Shown here piece by piece: positions 1 through 9,144 of a stretch of DNA of 64,000 nt. Both the position numbers and the translations under genes were made by a program. The DNA lies in NCBI GenBank assembly GCA_963667565.1, contig OY763415.1, positions 896,001 through 960,000 on the forward strand, written 5' to 3'. The DNA is from Acholeplasmataceae bacterium (GTDB lineage: Bacteria > Bacillota_I > Bacilli_A > Acholeplasmatales > Acholeplasmataceae). The stretch's first letter is position 1. Each line of letters begins with the position of its first letter. The notes under the pieces were generated by a model. That model saw only the letters and a program-made list of their open reading frames with translations, did no database searches and was not told the origin of the DNA.

Positions 1-606
1 TTCATTAATGACAATGTTTCCATCATCATCTTTGTCATAACCTAGGAACCGTTTTGTATTGATGTGAACTTTACCTTCTTTAAATCTCTTTCTAAATCCC
101 CATTTGACATTCTCGCTAATGTTTCTAGCTTCCTCCTGGGCAATTGAAGAGAAGATGGTAAGCATGAAATCGACCTTGGTATCTGATGAGTAAATATTCT
201 CTTTTTCAAAGAATACATCTACATTGATTTCTCTTAACTCCCTAATGATTGTTAACGTATCTACTGTGTTTCTTGCGAATCGAGATAGTGATTTCGTTAG
301 TATTAAATCAATCTTCCCAGCTTTAGCATCTTCAATCATCTGAAGAAACTGTGGTCTTTTTTGAATACTAGTTCCTGATAATCCTTCATCAGCATATAAG
401 CCAATAAAATCCCAGTCTTCATTTTCTTGAATCTTTTGAGTGTAAACACTCTTTTGTGCTTCTACGCTATGTAGTTGATCTTCTGAATCAGTAGAAACTC
501 TCGCATAAGCACATACTTTTAGTTTTGGTTTTAGAGTTGGTAATCCATTTATGTCTTCATGGATTATTTGAGTTGGTTCAATAACTATAACTCTTTTTTC
601 CTGCAT
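1..606 (-). CDS. Large serine recombinase (integrase), N-terminal part; runs off the window
   Basis: Not in the ORF track. Manual translation gives MQEKRVIVIEP...KVCAYARVSTDSEDQ...YADEG.SGT...KSLSRFARN (resolvase motifs). RBS AGGAGG upstream. Confidence 0.93.
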   Translation of the reverse strand, partial: MQEKRVIVIEPTQIIHEDINGLPTLKPKLKVCAYARVSTDSEDQLHSVEAQKSVYTQKIQENEDWDFIGLYADEGLSGTSIQKRPQFLQMIEDAKAGKIDLILTKSLSRFARNTVDTLTIIRELREINVDVFFEKENIYSSDTKVDFMLTIFSSIAQEEARNISENVKWGFRKRFKEGKVHINTKRFLGYDKDDDGNIVINE

Positions 607-676
607 TCTTGTACCTCCTATATTTGGTTACTATATACATCACTCAAAAAGCAATAAATAGCAAGTTAATACCGTG

Positions 677-814
677 CTATTTGTTGCTTTTTTCATTATT
701 TATCTTCAGTAGTTTTGTAAGGCAAAGATACCATTCTTCATTGGTGATTAAACTAGCTTTTTTAAGTTCGTCAATGATTGCCTTTTGTTGTTGAAATTTT
801 ACGTTTGTATCCAT
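677..814 (-). CDS. Small SHOCT-like protein (45 aa)
   Basis: Manual translation MDTNVKFQQQKAIIDELKKASLITNEEWYLCLTKLLKINNEKSNK; RBS AAAGGA; resembles small ORFs that precede phage serine recombinases. Confidence 0.6.
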   Translation of the reverse strand: MDTNVKFQQQKAIIDELKKASLITNEEWYLCLTKLLKINNEKSNK

Positions 815-835
815 ACTATTCCTTTCTGAGAAAAC

Positions 836-868
836 AAAAAAAGAGCCGCTAAAGAAAGCGACTCTTTT
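836..868 (-). terminator. Intrinsic terminator downstream of the repressor
   Basis: AAAAGAG-CCGCT...AGCG-ACTCTTTT hairpin with a U-tract on the minus strand. Confidence 0.65.
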
Positions 869-947
869 CGAGTAAGGATAACTAAGAATGCATATAGTAT
901 GTCTAAACCACCGTAGTTATTTTAGCACAAACAAATATATTTGTGAA

Positions 948-1544
948 TTAGCGTAAAGCACTAAAAAAATGAGGTATATCCATATATTTATTTAAGTCAG
1001 CCATAAGCACACCTTTGAATACGATATTCTCTGCATGAGCTTTATTAAAGTATCTAGGTTTGTCATCAATATAAAAATGCCCACCACCAGTTGGCTTGAA
1101 ATAAACTTTTGAAATATACGTTTTGTCATAGTAATCAAATATCATGACATGACCTTCTTGGTTTAGATTGGTTTTCCAGAAGAATCTCATTTTTAGATCA
1201 TTCTCTAAATAACAAATCACATCATCATAGATAGTAGAAATAGTAAAGGGCATGACTTCTACAAGACCATCTTCACCGTTTTCAAATGATCGAAAAGCAA
1301 GAATTTTATCATTTACGAGTGTATAAGGGTTCCCAATAATAACATCCAATGAGACGTTGTAAAAACCACTTAGAATCACTAGATCTTTCAGGCTAATTTC
1401 TCTGGTTCCATTCTCATAATTGACATATCCTTGTCTAGATTTTCCAATTAGTTCTGCAACCTTAGTCGTAGATAGTTTGTAGTGTTTTCTGAGTTTCTTT
1501 AAATTTTCACTAACAAATCGATTATCAAATAAAGTATCTTGCAT
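948..1544 (-). CDS. XRE-family HTH phage repressor (CI-like)
   Basis: LKKLRKHYKLSTTKVAELIGKSRQGYVNYENG HTH_3 motif; divergent from the early operon. Confidence 0.85.
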   Translation of the reverse strand: MQDTLFDNRFVSENLKKLRKHYKLSTTKVAELIGKSRQGYVNYENGTREISLKDLVILSGFYNVSLDVIIGNPYTLVNDKILAFRSFENGEDGLVEVMPFTISTIYDDVICYLENDLKMRFFWKTNLNQEGHVMIFDYYDKTYISKVYFKPTGGGHFYIDDKPRYFNKAHAENIVFKGVLMADLNKYMDIPHFFSALR

Positions 1545-1578
1545 AAAATCACATCCTTTTTCTTATTTTTTCATAGAG

Positions 1579-1663
1579 CAACAAATGTTGTAAGCAAATA
1601 ATTGTTGTTAACATTAACTCTATATTATCATAGATATTACCACAAAAACAACTCATTTTGTTG
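1579..1663. promoter_or_regulatory. Genetic-switch region with candidate operators and leftward promoter
   Basis: CAACAAATGTTG (1579-1590), CAAATAATTGTTG and CAAC-N7-GTTG (1649-1663). Extended -10 TGATAATAT on the minus strand at 1622-1630. Confidence 0.5.
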
Positions 1664-1730
1664 CAAAATAAAAAAAGTCATATCAAATTATTTTCAAGAT
1701 TAACTATTCCATATACAATAAAGACACCGT

Positions 1731-2054
1731 TTGAAATTGCTGAAAGGAGGGAGCATCTTGAATTCAAATGAAAAGAAAGAGTATCACGTGAATCTACACA
1801 GATTGTATTTAAAGAAAAGACGTGAAGAATTAGGTCGGACGGTTATAGATGTAGGAGATTTATCCGGTATATCCTCAGATTACTATTGTCAAATAGAGAA
1901 TGGTTTTAGAGGGAAGAAGTTATCCGTGAAAATGCTACTACAGATTGCCGATGCCTTGGACATGAATTTATGTGAGGCACTTGAGGGAGAAAAAGCGTTT
2001 ATTAAAGAGAGTGAGAGCATGACTAAGAACACCGAAAGAGTTTTTAGTGGATAA
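1731..2054 (+). CDS. Cro-like XRE HTH regulator
   Basis: LKKRREELG...GISSDYYCQIENG HTH; first gene of the rightward operon. The true start may be TTG 1758 after AGGAGG. Confidence 0.8.
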   Translation: MKLLKGGSILNSNEKKEYHVNLHRLYLKKRREELGRTVIDVGDLSGISSDYYCQIENGFRGKKLSVKMLLQIADALDMNLCEALEGEKAFIKESESMTKNTERVFSG

Positions 2055-2967
2055 GTACAATCTTGCTCAGCTGATGGATGAATACATAACTTATAAAGAT
2101 GTGAAAAAAATTACCAAAGAAAGCTATAGAAGGATCTTTAGTGAATACATGGAGTATGTCAATAAACTACCTAAACCACCAACTAGGGAAGACGTAAAAA
2201 CATATCGAGAAGAGTTATCAGAAAATCTAGCAGCTACAACAGTACAAAAGCATATGGTTGTTATCAGAGGTTTCTATGAATGGCTATATGCTGAAGGTAA
2301 AGGAGAAAATATTGCTATTGGTATTAAAGGAGTAAAAACTGGTAGCAATTTTAAAAGACAAGCATTATCAGTGGATCAAGCAAGTAGACTTATTGAGCAT
2401 GCTAGAAGTATCTCCGATAGGGGAATTGTAGAATTACGTAATTATGCAATTATAGGTCTCATGATTACCACAGGACTTAGAACCATTGAAGTAAGTAGGG
2501 CAGATTCACAAGACATTATGTTTGTAAATGATGCTGAGTCATTATTTGTTCGAGGAAAAGGACGAGATGCAAAAGATGAATATGTGAAATTGCCAGAAGA
2601 AATCCATCAGAATATTGTTGCATATCAGATAGCGAGATCAGACAACAAGAAACCATTATTTATTAATCATAATAGAAATTGTAAGAATGATCGAATTAGT
2701 CCAAAAACAATAAGTACGATGGTAAAGGAATATCTTCGAGATGTTGGAATTGATGAAAGGATATATACAGCTCACAGTTTGAGACATACTGTGGCGACAG
2801 TAGCCATGAATGAAGGAGCAACGCTCTATCAAACACAACAACTGTTGCGACATAAGAGTTCAGATACAACTCAAATATATCTACATTCCATTCAACGAAG
2901 AGAGTCTTTTGTAGAGAATCTAGTTTATAAAAAATTGTATAAAAAAAGTGAGGATAAGGATAAATGA
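2047..2967 (+). CDS. Tyrosine recombinase (XerC/D/integrase family)
   Basis: TGLRTIE, VRGKG, AHSLRHT, LLRH and TTQIY catalytic motifs; SAM-like N-terminal domain. Confidence 0.93.
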   Translation: MDKYNLAQLMDEYITYKDVKKITKESYRRIFSEYMEYVNKLPKPPTREDVKTYREELSENLAATTVQKHMVVIRGFYEWLYAEGKGENIAIGIKGVKTGSNFKRQALSVDQASRLIEHARSISDRGIVELRNYAIIGLMITTGLRTIEVSRADSQDIMFVNDAESLFVRGKGRDAKDEYVKLPEEIHQNIVAYQIARSDNKKPLFINHNRNCKNDRISPKTISTMVKEYLRDVGIDERIYTAHSLRHTVATVAMNEGATLYQTQQLLRHKSSDTTQIYLHSIQRRESFVENLVYKKLYKKSEDKDK

Positions 2968-3728
2968 TACGAGAGTTTAAGAATGCAGATTATGGTGTTG
3001 TTAATGCCACTACGATAGATGAACAACCCTACTTTTGCTTAGTCGACATAGCACGCATCCTGGATATTAAGAATGCGAAAGATTGTAGAACTGGAATACC
3101 TAGTTCGGATGTAGAAACGTTAGAAGTGAAAACTGGAATTACAACATCAAAACGAATCTTTATTAATGCCAAACATATCAGTACGTGTTTATTCAAATCA
3201 AAGAATGCTAAAGCACAACAGATAAATGATTGGCTTTACCGGATAGTGATTCCACAACTGATGAAACAGTTTGATTACGATTTAGAATCTTTTAATGATC
3301 CAGAAACCGTTATTCAGTTTTTAGATGAATTTCAAGACCTGAAAATTAGAAATGTAATTCTTGAAACGGATAAGAAACTTAATGCACCAAGATTGAATTT
3401 AATTAACAAACTACTAGGAAGTAAATCATGTGTCGATTTAGATAGAGTCACACAAGTGATAAGATTTCATCATTTAAGTAATACGGATTTATATAAAATA
3501 CTACGTTCAAGTCATGTTCTTGATGACAATAATGTGCCATACCAAGAGTTTTGTGATCGTAAGTATTTTAGAGTAGTAGAATCAAAGGTAGTATCTGGTG
3601 GGGAAATTATCCCCCAACAAAGAACATATGTATACAAAAGTGGGGTTTCCTTTATCGAAAAAATTCTAACAGAATATGAGGTAAGAAACCATGATCCAAA
3701 CAAAAGAAAAGCATTTCACAATAGCTGA
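2964..3728 (+). CDS. Phage antirepressor (BRO-N + ANT/KilAC)
   Basis: QPYFCLVDIARIL (BRO-N); NVPYQEF..RKYFRV...RTYVYKSG (ANT). Confidence 0.85.
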   Translation: MIREFKNADYGVVNATTIDEQPYFCLVDIARILDIKNAKDCRTGIPSSDVETLEVKTGITTSKRIFINAKHISTCLFKSKNAKAQQINDWLYRIVIPQLMKQFDYDLESFNDPETVIQFLDEFQDLKIRNVILETDKKLNAPRLNLINKLLGSKSCVDLDRVTQVIRFHHLSNTDLYKILRSSHVLDDNNVPYQEFCDRKYFRVVESKVVSGGEIIPQQRTYVYKSGVSFIEKILTEYEVRNHDPNKRKAFHNS

Positions 3729-3891
3729 AACAAAGAAAATCTTAAGGCTCTCTTCACAAACCATCCAGAAGATGTTACGCAGAGGAGAGCTCTTAGGATT
3801 TCAATCCGGAAACAAATGGGTAATATTTGAATCATCGATAAATAACTACATCGAGAAACATTCAAACAAACCACAAGAATCATACGATTAA
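3691..3891 (+). CDS. Excisionase-like HTH_17 DNA-binding protein
   Basis: FTIAETKKILRLSSQTIQKMLRRGEL.G...GNKWVI. Confidence 0.8.
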   Translation: MIQTKEKHFTIAETKKILRLSSQTIQKMLRRGELLGFQSGNKWVIFESSINNYIEKHSNKPQESYD

Positions 3892-3995
3892 TGCAAGAAA
3901 TAATGCTTGTGATTGCTTGTGTAACACAATGAAATCATATCAATGTAGTTATAACAGGTTATTTTAGCATACACGAAAACTAAGAGGTAAAAAGC

Positions 3996-4853
3996 ATGGC
4001 GAGACCAATCAAAAAAGGATTATCCTATTTTCCATTGGACGTCGGTGTTTTTAAGGACAAACGAATCACTAAAATCGAACGTAAATTTGGAGTATACGGT
4101 TCGAGTATTTTTTTAAGAATATTAACTATGGTATATGAGCACGGGTATTACCTGGAAATGACTGAAGAAGATTTGATCACTGAACTGATTTATCAAATTG
4201 GAGTAGGCAAGATCTCATATCAACGGGTACGCAATGTAATTCTCATGTGTTGTGAGCTAGGCATCCTTGATGAGCCGCTATTTCGACAAGGGGTTATTAC
4301 ATCTGATGGTATTCAGAAACAATTCATCCGAGTCGCCAAAAGGCGTAAGGAAGTAGATATCTCCAAATATTGGTTGCTCGATTCCGCAACAATGGAAGAA
4401 TTAGGAGTCCTTTTAAGCATGGAAAAAAACGAGGAAAAAGGAGTTAATGTTAACAATAACTCGGTTAATGTTGACATTAATACACAAAGTAAAAGTAAAA
4501 GAAAAAGAGATAAAAAGATAAAAGAAGATAAAAGCATTTATGGGTTCCCCAAAATGCACTTTTTAACAAAATTATTAATTCAAAGAAAATACATTGAAGA
4601 GATAGATGCGGATATCATGAAATATAATGATTTGTTTGAATCAGCAATTGATGAGTATAGCTATGAGAATGTCTTAAGTGGAGTGAATTATATTATTTCA
4701 TATTCTAAAAATCCTAATCCACCAATTGATGATAAGTTTCATTTCATGAAAGTATCTTTGATTACAAATCTAGATCGATTTAGGAGTTTAGAAAACAGAA
4801 GAGGTGAGACATTTGAGGACTGGTTCAAAAACATCTTTTTACAAGTGGATTGA
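3996..4853 (+). CDS. Replication initiator (DUF4373/Lin1244-like N-terminus)
   Basis: MARPIKKGLSYFPLDV...ITSDGIQKQF; internal iteron-like repeats and an A-rich tract. Confidence 0.8.
   Translation: MARPIKKGLSYFPLDVGVFKDKRITKIERKFGVYGSSIFLRILTMVYEHGYYLEMTEEDLITELIYQIGVGKISYQRVRNVILMCCELGILDEPLFRQGVITSDGIQKQFIRVAKRRKEVDISKYWLLDSATMEELGVLLSMEKNEEKGVNVNNNSVNVDINTQSKSKRKRDKKIKEDKSIYGFPKMHFLTKLLIQRKYIEEIDADIMKYNDLFESAIDEYSYENVLSGVNYIISYSKNPNPPIDDKFHFMKVSLITNLDRFRSLENRRGETFEDWFKNIFLQVD
4443..4533. repeat. Putative phage origin: two 17-bp iterons (21-bp period) plus purine/A-rich tract
   Basis: GTTAATGTTAACAATAA (4443-4459) and GTTAATGTTGACATTAA (4464-4480), followed by AAAGTAAAAGTAAAAGAAAAAGAGAT... 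Confidence 0.6.
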
Positions 4854-5238
4854 TGACATAAAAAAAGCCTATAGACACAGGACTGAATTAGAAGAAAAAC
4901 TTCAGTTCTATGAAACTAGGCTCATTGGTTATAATGCAGTTACTTATGATTCGATAGGATCAAGTTCGACAAAAAATAATGTTGAGGATAACTTGTTATA
5001 TGTCATAGGTAAAATTGATAAAGTAAAAGCAAGATTAGATAAAGCACAAAAATTGATAGATGAGTATGTAACTTTCAAAGATAAGTTGAAACCACAAGAA
5101 GCATTGGTACTAGAGTATCTTGTTGAAACTTCATTATCTAAATCTGAGATAGCTTCAATGATGCATTTATCAAGATCAAGAGTGCACTTGATTATCATGA
5201 ATATTGCTATATCATTCGATTTAATGATTTTAATTTAG
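4804..5238 (+). CDS. ArpU/RinA-like late transcriptional regulator
   Basis: Coiled N-terminus with a C-terminal HTH (SKSEIASMMHLSRSRV); position after the replication gene. Confidence 0.6.
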   Translation: MRHLRTGSKTSFYKWIDDIKKAYRHRTELEEKLQFYETRLIGYNAVTYDSIGSSSTKNNVEDNLLYVIGKIDKVKARLDKAQKLIDEYVTFKDKLKPQEALVLEYLVETSLSKSEIASMMHLSRSRVHLIIMNIAISFDLMILI

Positions 5239-5494
5239 GTTACAGCATTCAACTATAAGGCTGTAAATTTTTTGATTTTGAAGTGCCTTCTACAAACACT
5301 GTGAACGCTACTATCCGATACGAATGAAAGATGCTATAATATATAATGTGATATCTCATTTAACTATAAACGGAACCTACAGGTCCTAGGAAAAAGCTTT
5401 AATTCTTTGTATAATTAAGTAAAATACGACATATGTGCGCTGTTCAATTACTTGCACAAAGGTTATATTTATAAAAAAAGGAGGTTTTCAAGAA

Positions 5495-6829
5495 ATGAGA
5501 AAAATAATTGTATTAGTTTTGGTCTTTGTTGGCGTATTCTGCTTTGAAGGAGTTCAGGTTTATGCACAAGAACTTCCTGAACCTAACAGTTTATCAACTG
5601 CAAGTTATTTCTGTAATAATATTGATGAGTTCAACCAGCAATTAGAAATTGCATATAAAAATGAAGAAATAAATATCAATAACTGTGATGAAATAGTGAA
5701 TGTGAATTTAGTAGATTTGACAGGAACAGCTACTTTAGTTGATTTTAATGGCAATCATGGGTATGCCCTATTTTTGGATGATTACATAATTGAAGATTTT
5801 GAATTCGAGGGTAATCTTAAAAAGGTTACTAATTTCGAGTTATATTTTAGTACAGTAGATGGCATATATTATATTGACTCAGGAAATGAAAAGGTATCAC
5901 TCTTAGCCTCAGATGAGCAAGTTGATTTTAGAACAGGATATGACGGGCAATATGGAGATGATGGTGTAGGTAGAATATATAATTTAAACGATTACATTAC
6001 AGATCGATACGGGAGTGGTTTTTATTTGAATGATGAAAACACTTTAGTTGGATATACACATATTATACAATCAACATATTCGACAATAAAGTATCGAGAA
6101 TCTAAAAGCCCTGACATTGGATACTCTTACTCCAATGAGGGGAATTGTTCACTTACATCAATTTATGCTGTGATGAAGTACTGGGCAGAAGAGAAAGGTT
6201 ATACCGATATTCCCACGGCAAATATATCATATGATGCAACGACAGAAAGTTTCTATGTCGATCATCATGATGACCAATTGTCCTACATTTCGTCTAAAAC
6301 ATATGTATATAACCCTTATTATGGTGGGTTTTATGTGAATAATTACTCTACAATCGATAAGTATTATATTTTGGGAAGTACTACTAAATACGTACCGGAA
6401 TCATTCTTAGAAATGAAAGAAATTGCCTACGGATACGGTTACTCACCTGATGGTGGAACCAATCCTACAGAAATTGATAATATTGCTGAAGATTCTTTTG
6501 AACATTATGGGTATACCAATATGGATATATATAATGACTGGGTCTGGTCTTTTAATAACAATGTAGTAAAACATATTGATAATAATAACCCAGTTATATG
6601 GTCTTCAAATGATTTTACCGTTGAGAACAATTATGGTTCGCATACAGTAACTGTTATTGGGTATAAAGAGTATTTAAAAACAACAAAAATTCTATTTATT
6701 ACAATAAAAGACTACTTACATTTTATGGAAATCAATGATAATTGGTCGCCTTCTTCAAAATATTTTGATTATGATAAATATGCAAGTGGATTTGGAACAG
6801 GAGTATTTACTCATATAGAGGAGGATTAG
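5495..6829 (+). CDS. Secreted papain-like (C39/C10-like) cysteine peptidase
   Basis: Signal peptide MRKIIVLVLVFVGVF after RBS AGGAGG; putative Cys-His-Asp/Asn motifs GNCSLTS, GSHTVTVIGY and INDNW. Confidence 0.7.
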   Translation: MRKIIVLVLVFVGVFCFEGVQVYAQELPEPNSLSTASYFCNNIDEFNQQLEIAYKNEEININNCDEIVNVNLVDLTGTATLVDFNGNHGYALFLDDYIIEDFEFEGNLKKVTNFELYFSTVDGIYYIDSGNEKVSLLASDEQVDFRTGYDGQYGDDGVGRIYNLNDYITDRYGSGFYLNDENTLVGYTHIIQSTYSTIKYRESKSPDIGYSYSNEGNCSLTSIYAVMKYWAEEKGYTDIPTANISYDATTESFYVDHHDDQLSYISSKTYVYNPYYGGFYVNNYSTIDKYYILGSTTKYVPESFLEMKEIAYGYGYSPDGGTNPTEIDNIAEDSFEHYGYTNMDIYNDWVWSFNNNVVKHIDNNNPVIWSSNDFTVENNYGSHTVTVIGYKEYLKTTKILFITIKDYLHFMEINDNWSPSSKYFDYDKYASGFGTGVFTHIEED

Positions 6830-6830
6830 A

Positions 6831-7094
6831 ATGTCAGCATTTTTTATTATTCTTTTAATTGTAATAGCAGTGGTATTGGGTCAAGTTTTATATATGAAAA
6901 CAAATGGAAATAAGAAATTTTTTATAGTACACATTATTGGATTAGTAATCATCTATTTGATTGGGACTGCAACTACAAGTAATCAATCTGGTGGAGTTAA
7001 TTGGCCATGGTGGTTAGTTGGAACCATTTATTCAATTCCAGTTTTTATATCTTTAATTATAGGAACGATAAGAAAATTACTTTCTATTAATTAG
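6831..7094 (+). CDS. Small three-TM membrane protein
   Basis: Three hydrophobic segments; coupled to the peptidase gene with RBS GAGGAGG. Confidence 0.75.
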   Translation: MSAFFIILLIVIAVVLGQVLYMKTNGNKKFFIVHIIGLVIIYLIGTATTSNQSGGVNWPWWLVGTIYSIPVFISLIIGTIRKLLSIN

Positions 7095-7400
7095 CTTCCT
7101 ATAATCCTTGTGATTTCTTGTATAGCACATGAAAAGAAATCATATAAGATTATACTAGATTAAATCACAATACACTTTTGAGAGCCTAATTGGGCTATAT
7201 CGTGCTTTATGCTCATGGACAAAATTTGACAATTATGATAGAGTGTATTTATCGTGGAGTACTGGCTAAAAGTAAGCCTAGAAGTAATGGGAGTTCGAGT
7301 TGATCGGATTCCTTTTTCTTTTGCAGAAAGATTTGTAGTATTCAACTGGTAAGTCATTACAGTTTTGACATTAATAACCTAACAGTTGGAGTGATTTTAA

Positions 7401-7889
7401 ATGAAAGGATATACGCTTGATTACTACGAAAAGTGGGAACGTGACGGTATACTGGACAAAAGGTTAAGTGAGATAAAAGAACTCGTATCAAAAGCAGTAC
7501 CTCAAGTTGAAATAGCCAAAATTCTTGGTATGTCAGAAAAGACAATGTATAAACTTAAGAATCGGCATCCTAAAATGAATCAAGCATTTGTTTTTGGAAA
7601 TGATGATCTAAAATATACATTAATTGATACGTTGATAAAAAAAGCAGTTGGTTATGAGTATGAAGAAACTCAAACAACAATAGAGGAAACAAAAACTGGT
7701 ACCAAAAAGAAAATCGTTAAATATAAGAAAAAAGCTCAACCGGATATGAATGCAGTGAGATATCTCTTGATCATCAAATTTGGTCGTGAATATAATGATA
7801 AAAAAGAAGAAATTGATGCCATGTATGAGCGTTTGAAAAATAGAGAGGAAAAGTGGACGAATGCAAGTAGTGATGAAGAAGACAGCTAG
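7401..7889 (+). CDS. Phage HTH DNA-binding protein (terminase-small-like HTH family)
   Basis: QVEIAKILGMSEKTMYK HTH; LIKKAVGYEYEE...PDMNAVRYLL. Confidence 0.65.
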   Translation: MKGYTLDYYEKWERDGILDKRLSEIKELVSKAVPQVEIAKILGMSEKTMYKLKNRHPKMNQAFVFGNDDLKYTLIDTLIKKAVGYEYEETQTTIEETKTGTKKKIVKYKKKAQPDMNAVRYLLIIKFGREYNDKKEEIDAMYERLKNREEKWTNASSDEEDS

Positions 7890-9063
7890 TCTTCTAGAAT
7901 ATGATAATAATCCAAGACATAATGAAGAAGCTATAGAAGCAGTTGCTAATTCCATTCGTGAGTTTGGATTCAAAGTCCCAATTGTAATCTCAAGTGATAA
8001 CGTCATAATTGCCGGACATACTCGCTTAAAAGCCTCTGTGTTGCTTGGTTTAGAAGAAGTGCCATGTATTATCGCAGATGACTTAAACGACGAACAAATC
8101 AAAGCGTTTCGCTTAGCTGATAATAAAACAGCTGAACTTGCGACTTGGGACTTATCAAAACTTGAAGAAGAGTTATCTCATATAGATATGGACATGCTGC
8201 AGTTTGGCTTTGAGGAGATGGAAGAACTACTTCCTGATAATGCATCTGATGATGATTTTGATATCACTGATGAAATTCCTGAAGAACCATTCTCACAACC
8301 AGGTGACATATATGAACTAGGACCACATCGATTAATGTGTGGTGATTCTACTGATTCAAAACAAGTAGCAACTTTACTTGATGGCCATGAAGTCGATATG
8401 ATATTTACGGATCCTCCATATAATGTAGATTATGAAGGAACAGCTGGAAAGATTAAAAACGATAAGATGGAAGACGATAACTTCTATCTTTTTTTATGCA
8501 ACGCATTTCAAAATATGTTTGAACATACAAAACCAGGTGGAGCGATTTATGTTTGCCATGCAGACACCGAAGGACTTAACTTTAGAAACGCATTCAAGAA
8601 CGCAGGATACAAATTAGCTGAATGTTTGATATGGGTTAAGAATGCTTTAGTCCTTGGTAGACAAGATTATCACTGGCGTCACGAACCTATCCTCTATGGA
8701 TGGAAAGAAGGTGCAGCTCATTACTTTGTTGATGATCGCACACAAGATACCATCTGGGAATATAACAAGCCAAAGAAAAATGAAGAACATCCAACCATGA
8801 AACCACTAGAACTTGTAGGAAAAGCAATCAGCAATTCCTCTAGACGTCATGAATCCGTATTAGATCTCTTTGGTGGTTCAGGTTCAACTATGATTGCAGC
8901 AGATCAATTGGACCGTAGATCATTCTTAATGGAACTGGATGAGAGATTCGTTGATGTTATTATAAAACGTTATATAAAACATAAGGAATCAGACGAGAAC
9001 TGTTATTTGATCAGAAATGGAAAGAGGTCTCCGATTAGCCATTTTGATATCTTTGAAAATTAG
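7861..9063 (+). CDS. ParB-domain N6/N4 DNA methyltransferase
   Basis: NNPR...IIAGHTR (ParB); TDPPYNV, HPTMKP and LDLFGGSGST (beta-class MTase). Confidence 0.93.
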   Translation: MQVVMKKTASLLEYDNNPRHNEEAIEAVANSIREFGFKVPIVISSDNVIIAGHTRLKASVLLGLEEVPCIIADDLNDEQIKAFRLADNKTAELATWDLSKLEEELSHIDMDMLQFGFEEMEELLPDNASDDDFDITDEIPEEPFSQPGDIYELGPHRLMCGDSTDSKQVATLLDGHEVDMIFTDPPYNVDYEGTAGKIKNDKMEDDNFYLFLCNAFQNMFEHTKPGGAIYVCHADTEGLNFRNAFKNAGYKLAECLIWVKNALVLGRQDYHWRHEPILYGWKEGAAHYFVDDRTQDTIWEYNKPKKNEEHPTMKPLELVGKAISNSSRRHESVLDLFGGSGSTMIAADQLDRRSFLMELDERFVDVIIKRYIKHKESDENCYLIRNGKRSPISHFDIFEN

Positions 9064-9144
9064 TTACTATAGTGAAAATAGTACTTGCTATTTAGTCCCT
9101 TTAGAGTGATATATATAGTAACTAAAACAAAGGAGACTAAGATT

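Noticed and set aside
609..794. Plus-strand 61-aa ORF
   Set aside because: Antisense to the SHOCT-like ORF and recombinase promoter; no RBS.
7285..7315. tRNA suggested by GTTCGA
   Set aside because: No cloverleaf, acceptor stem or anticodon arm can be built.
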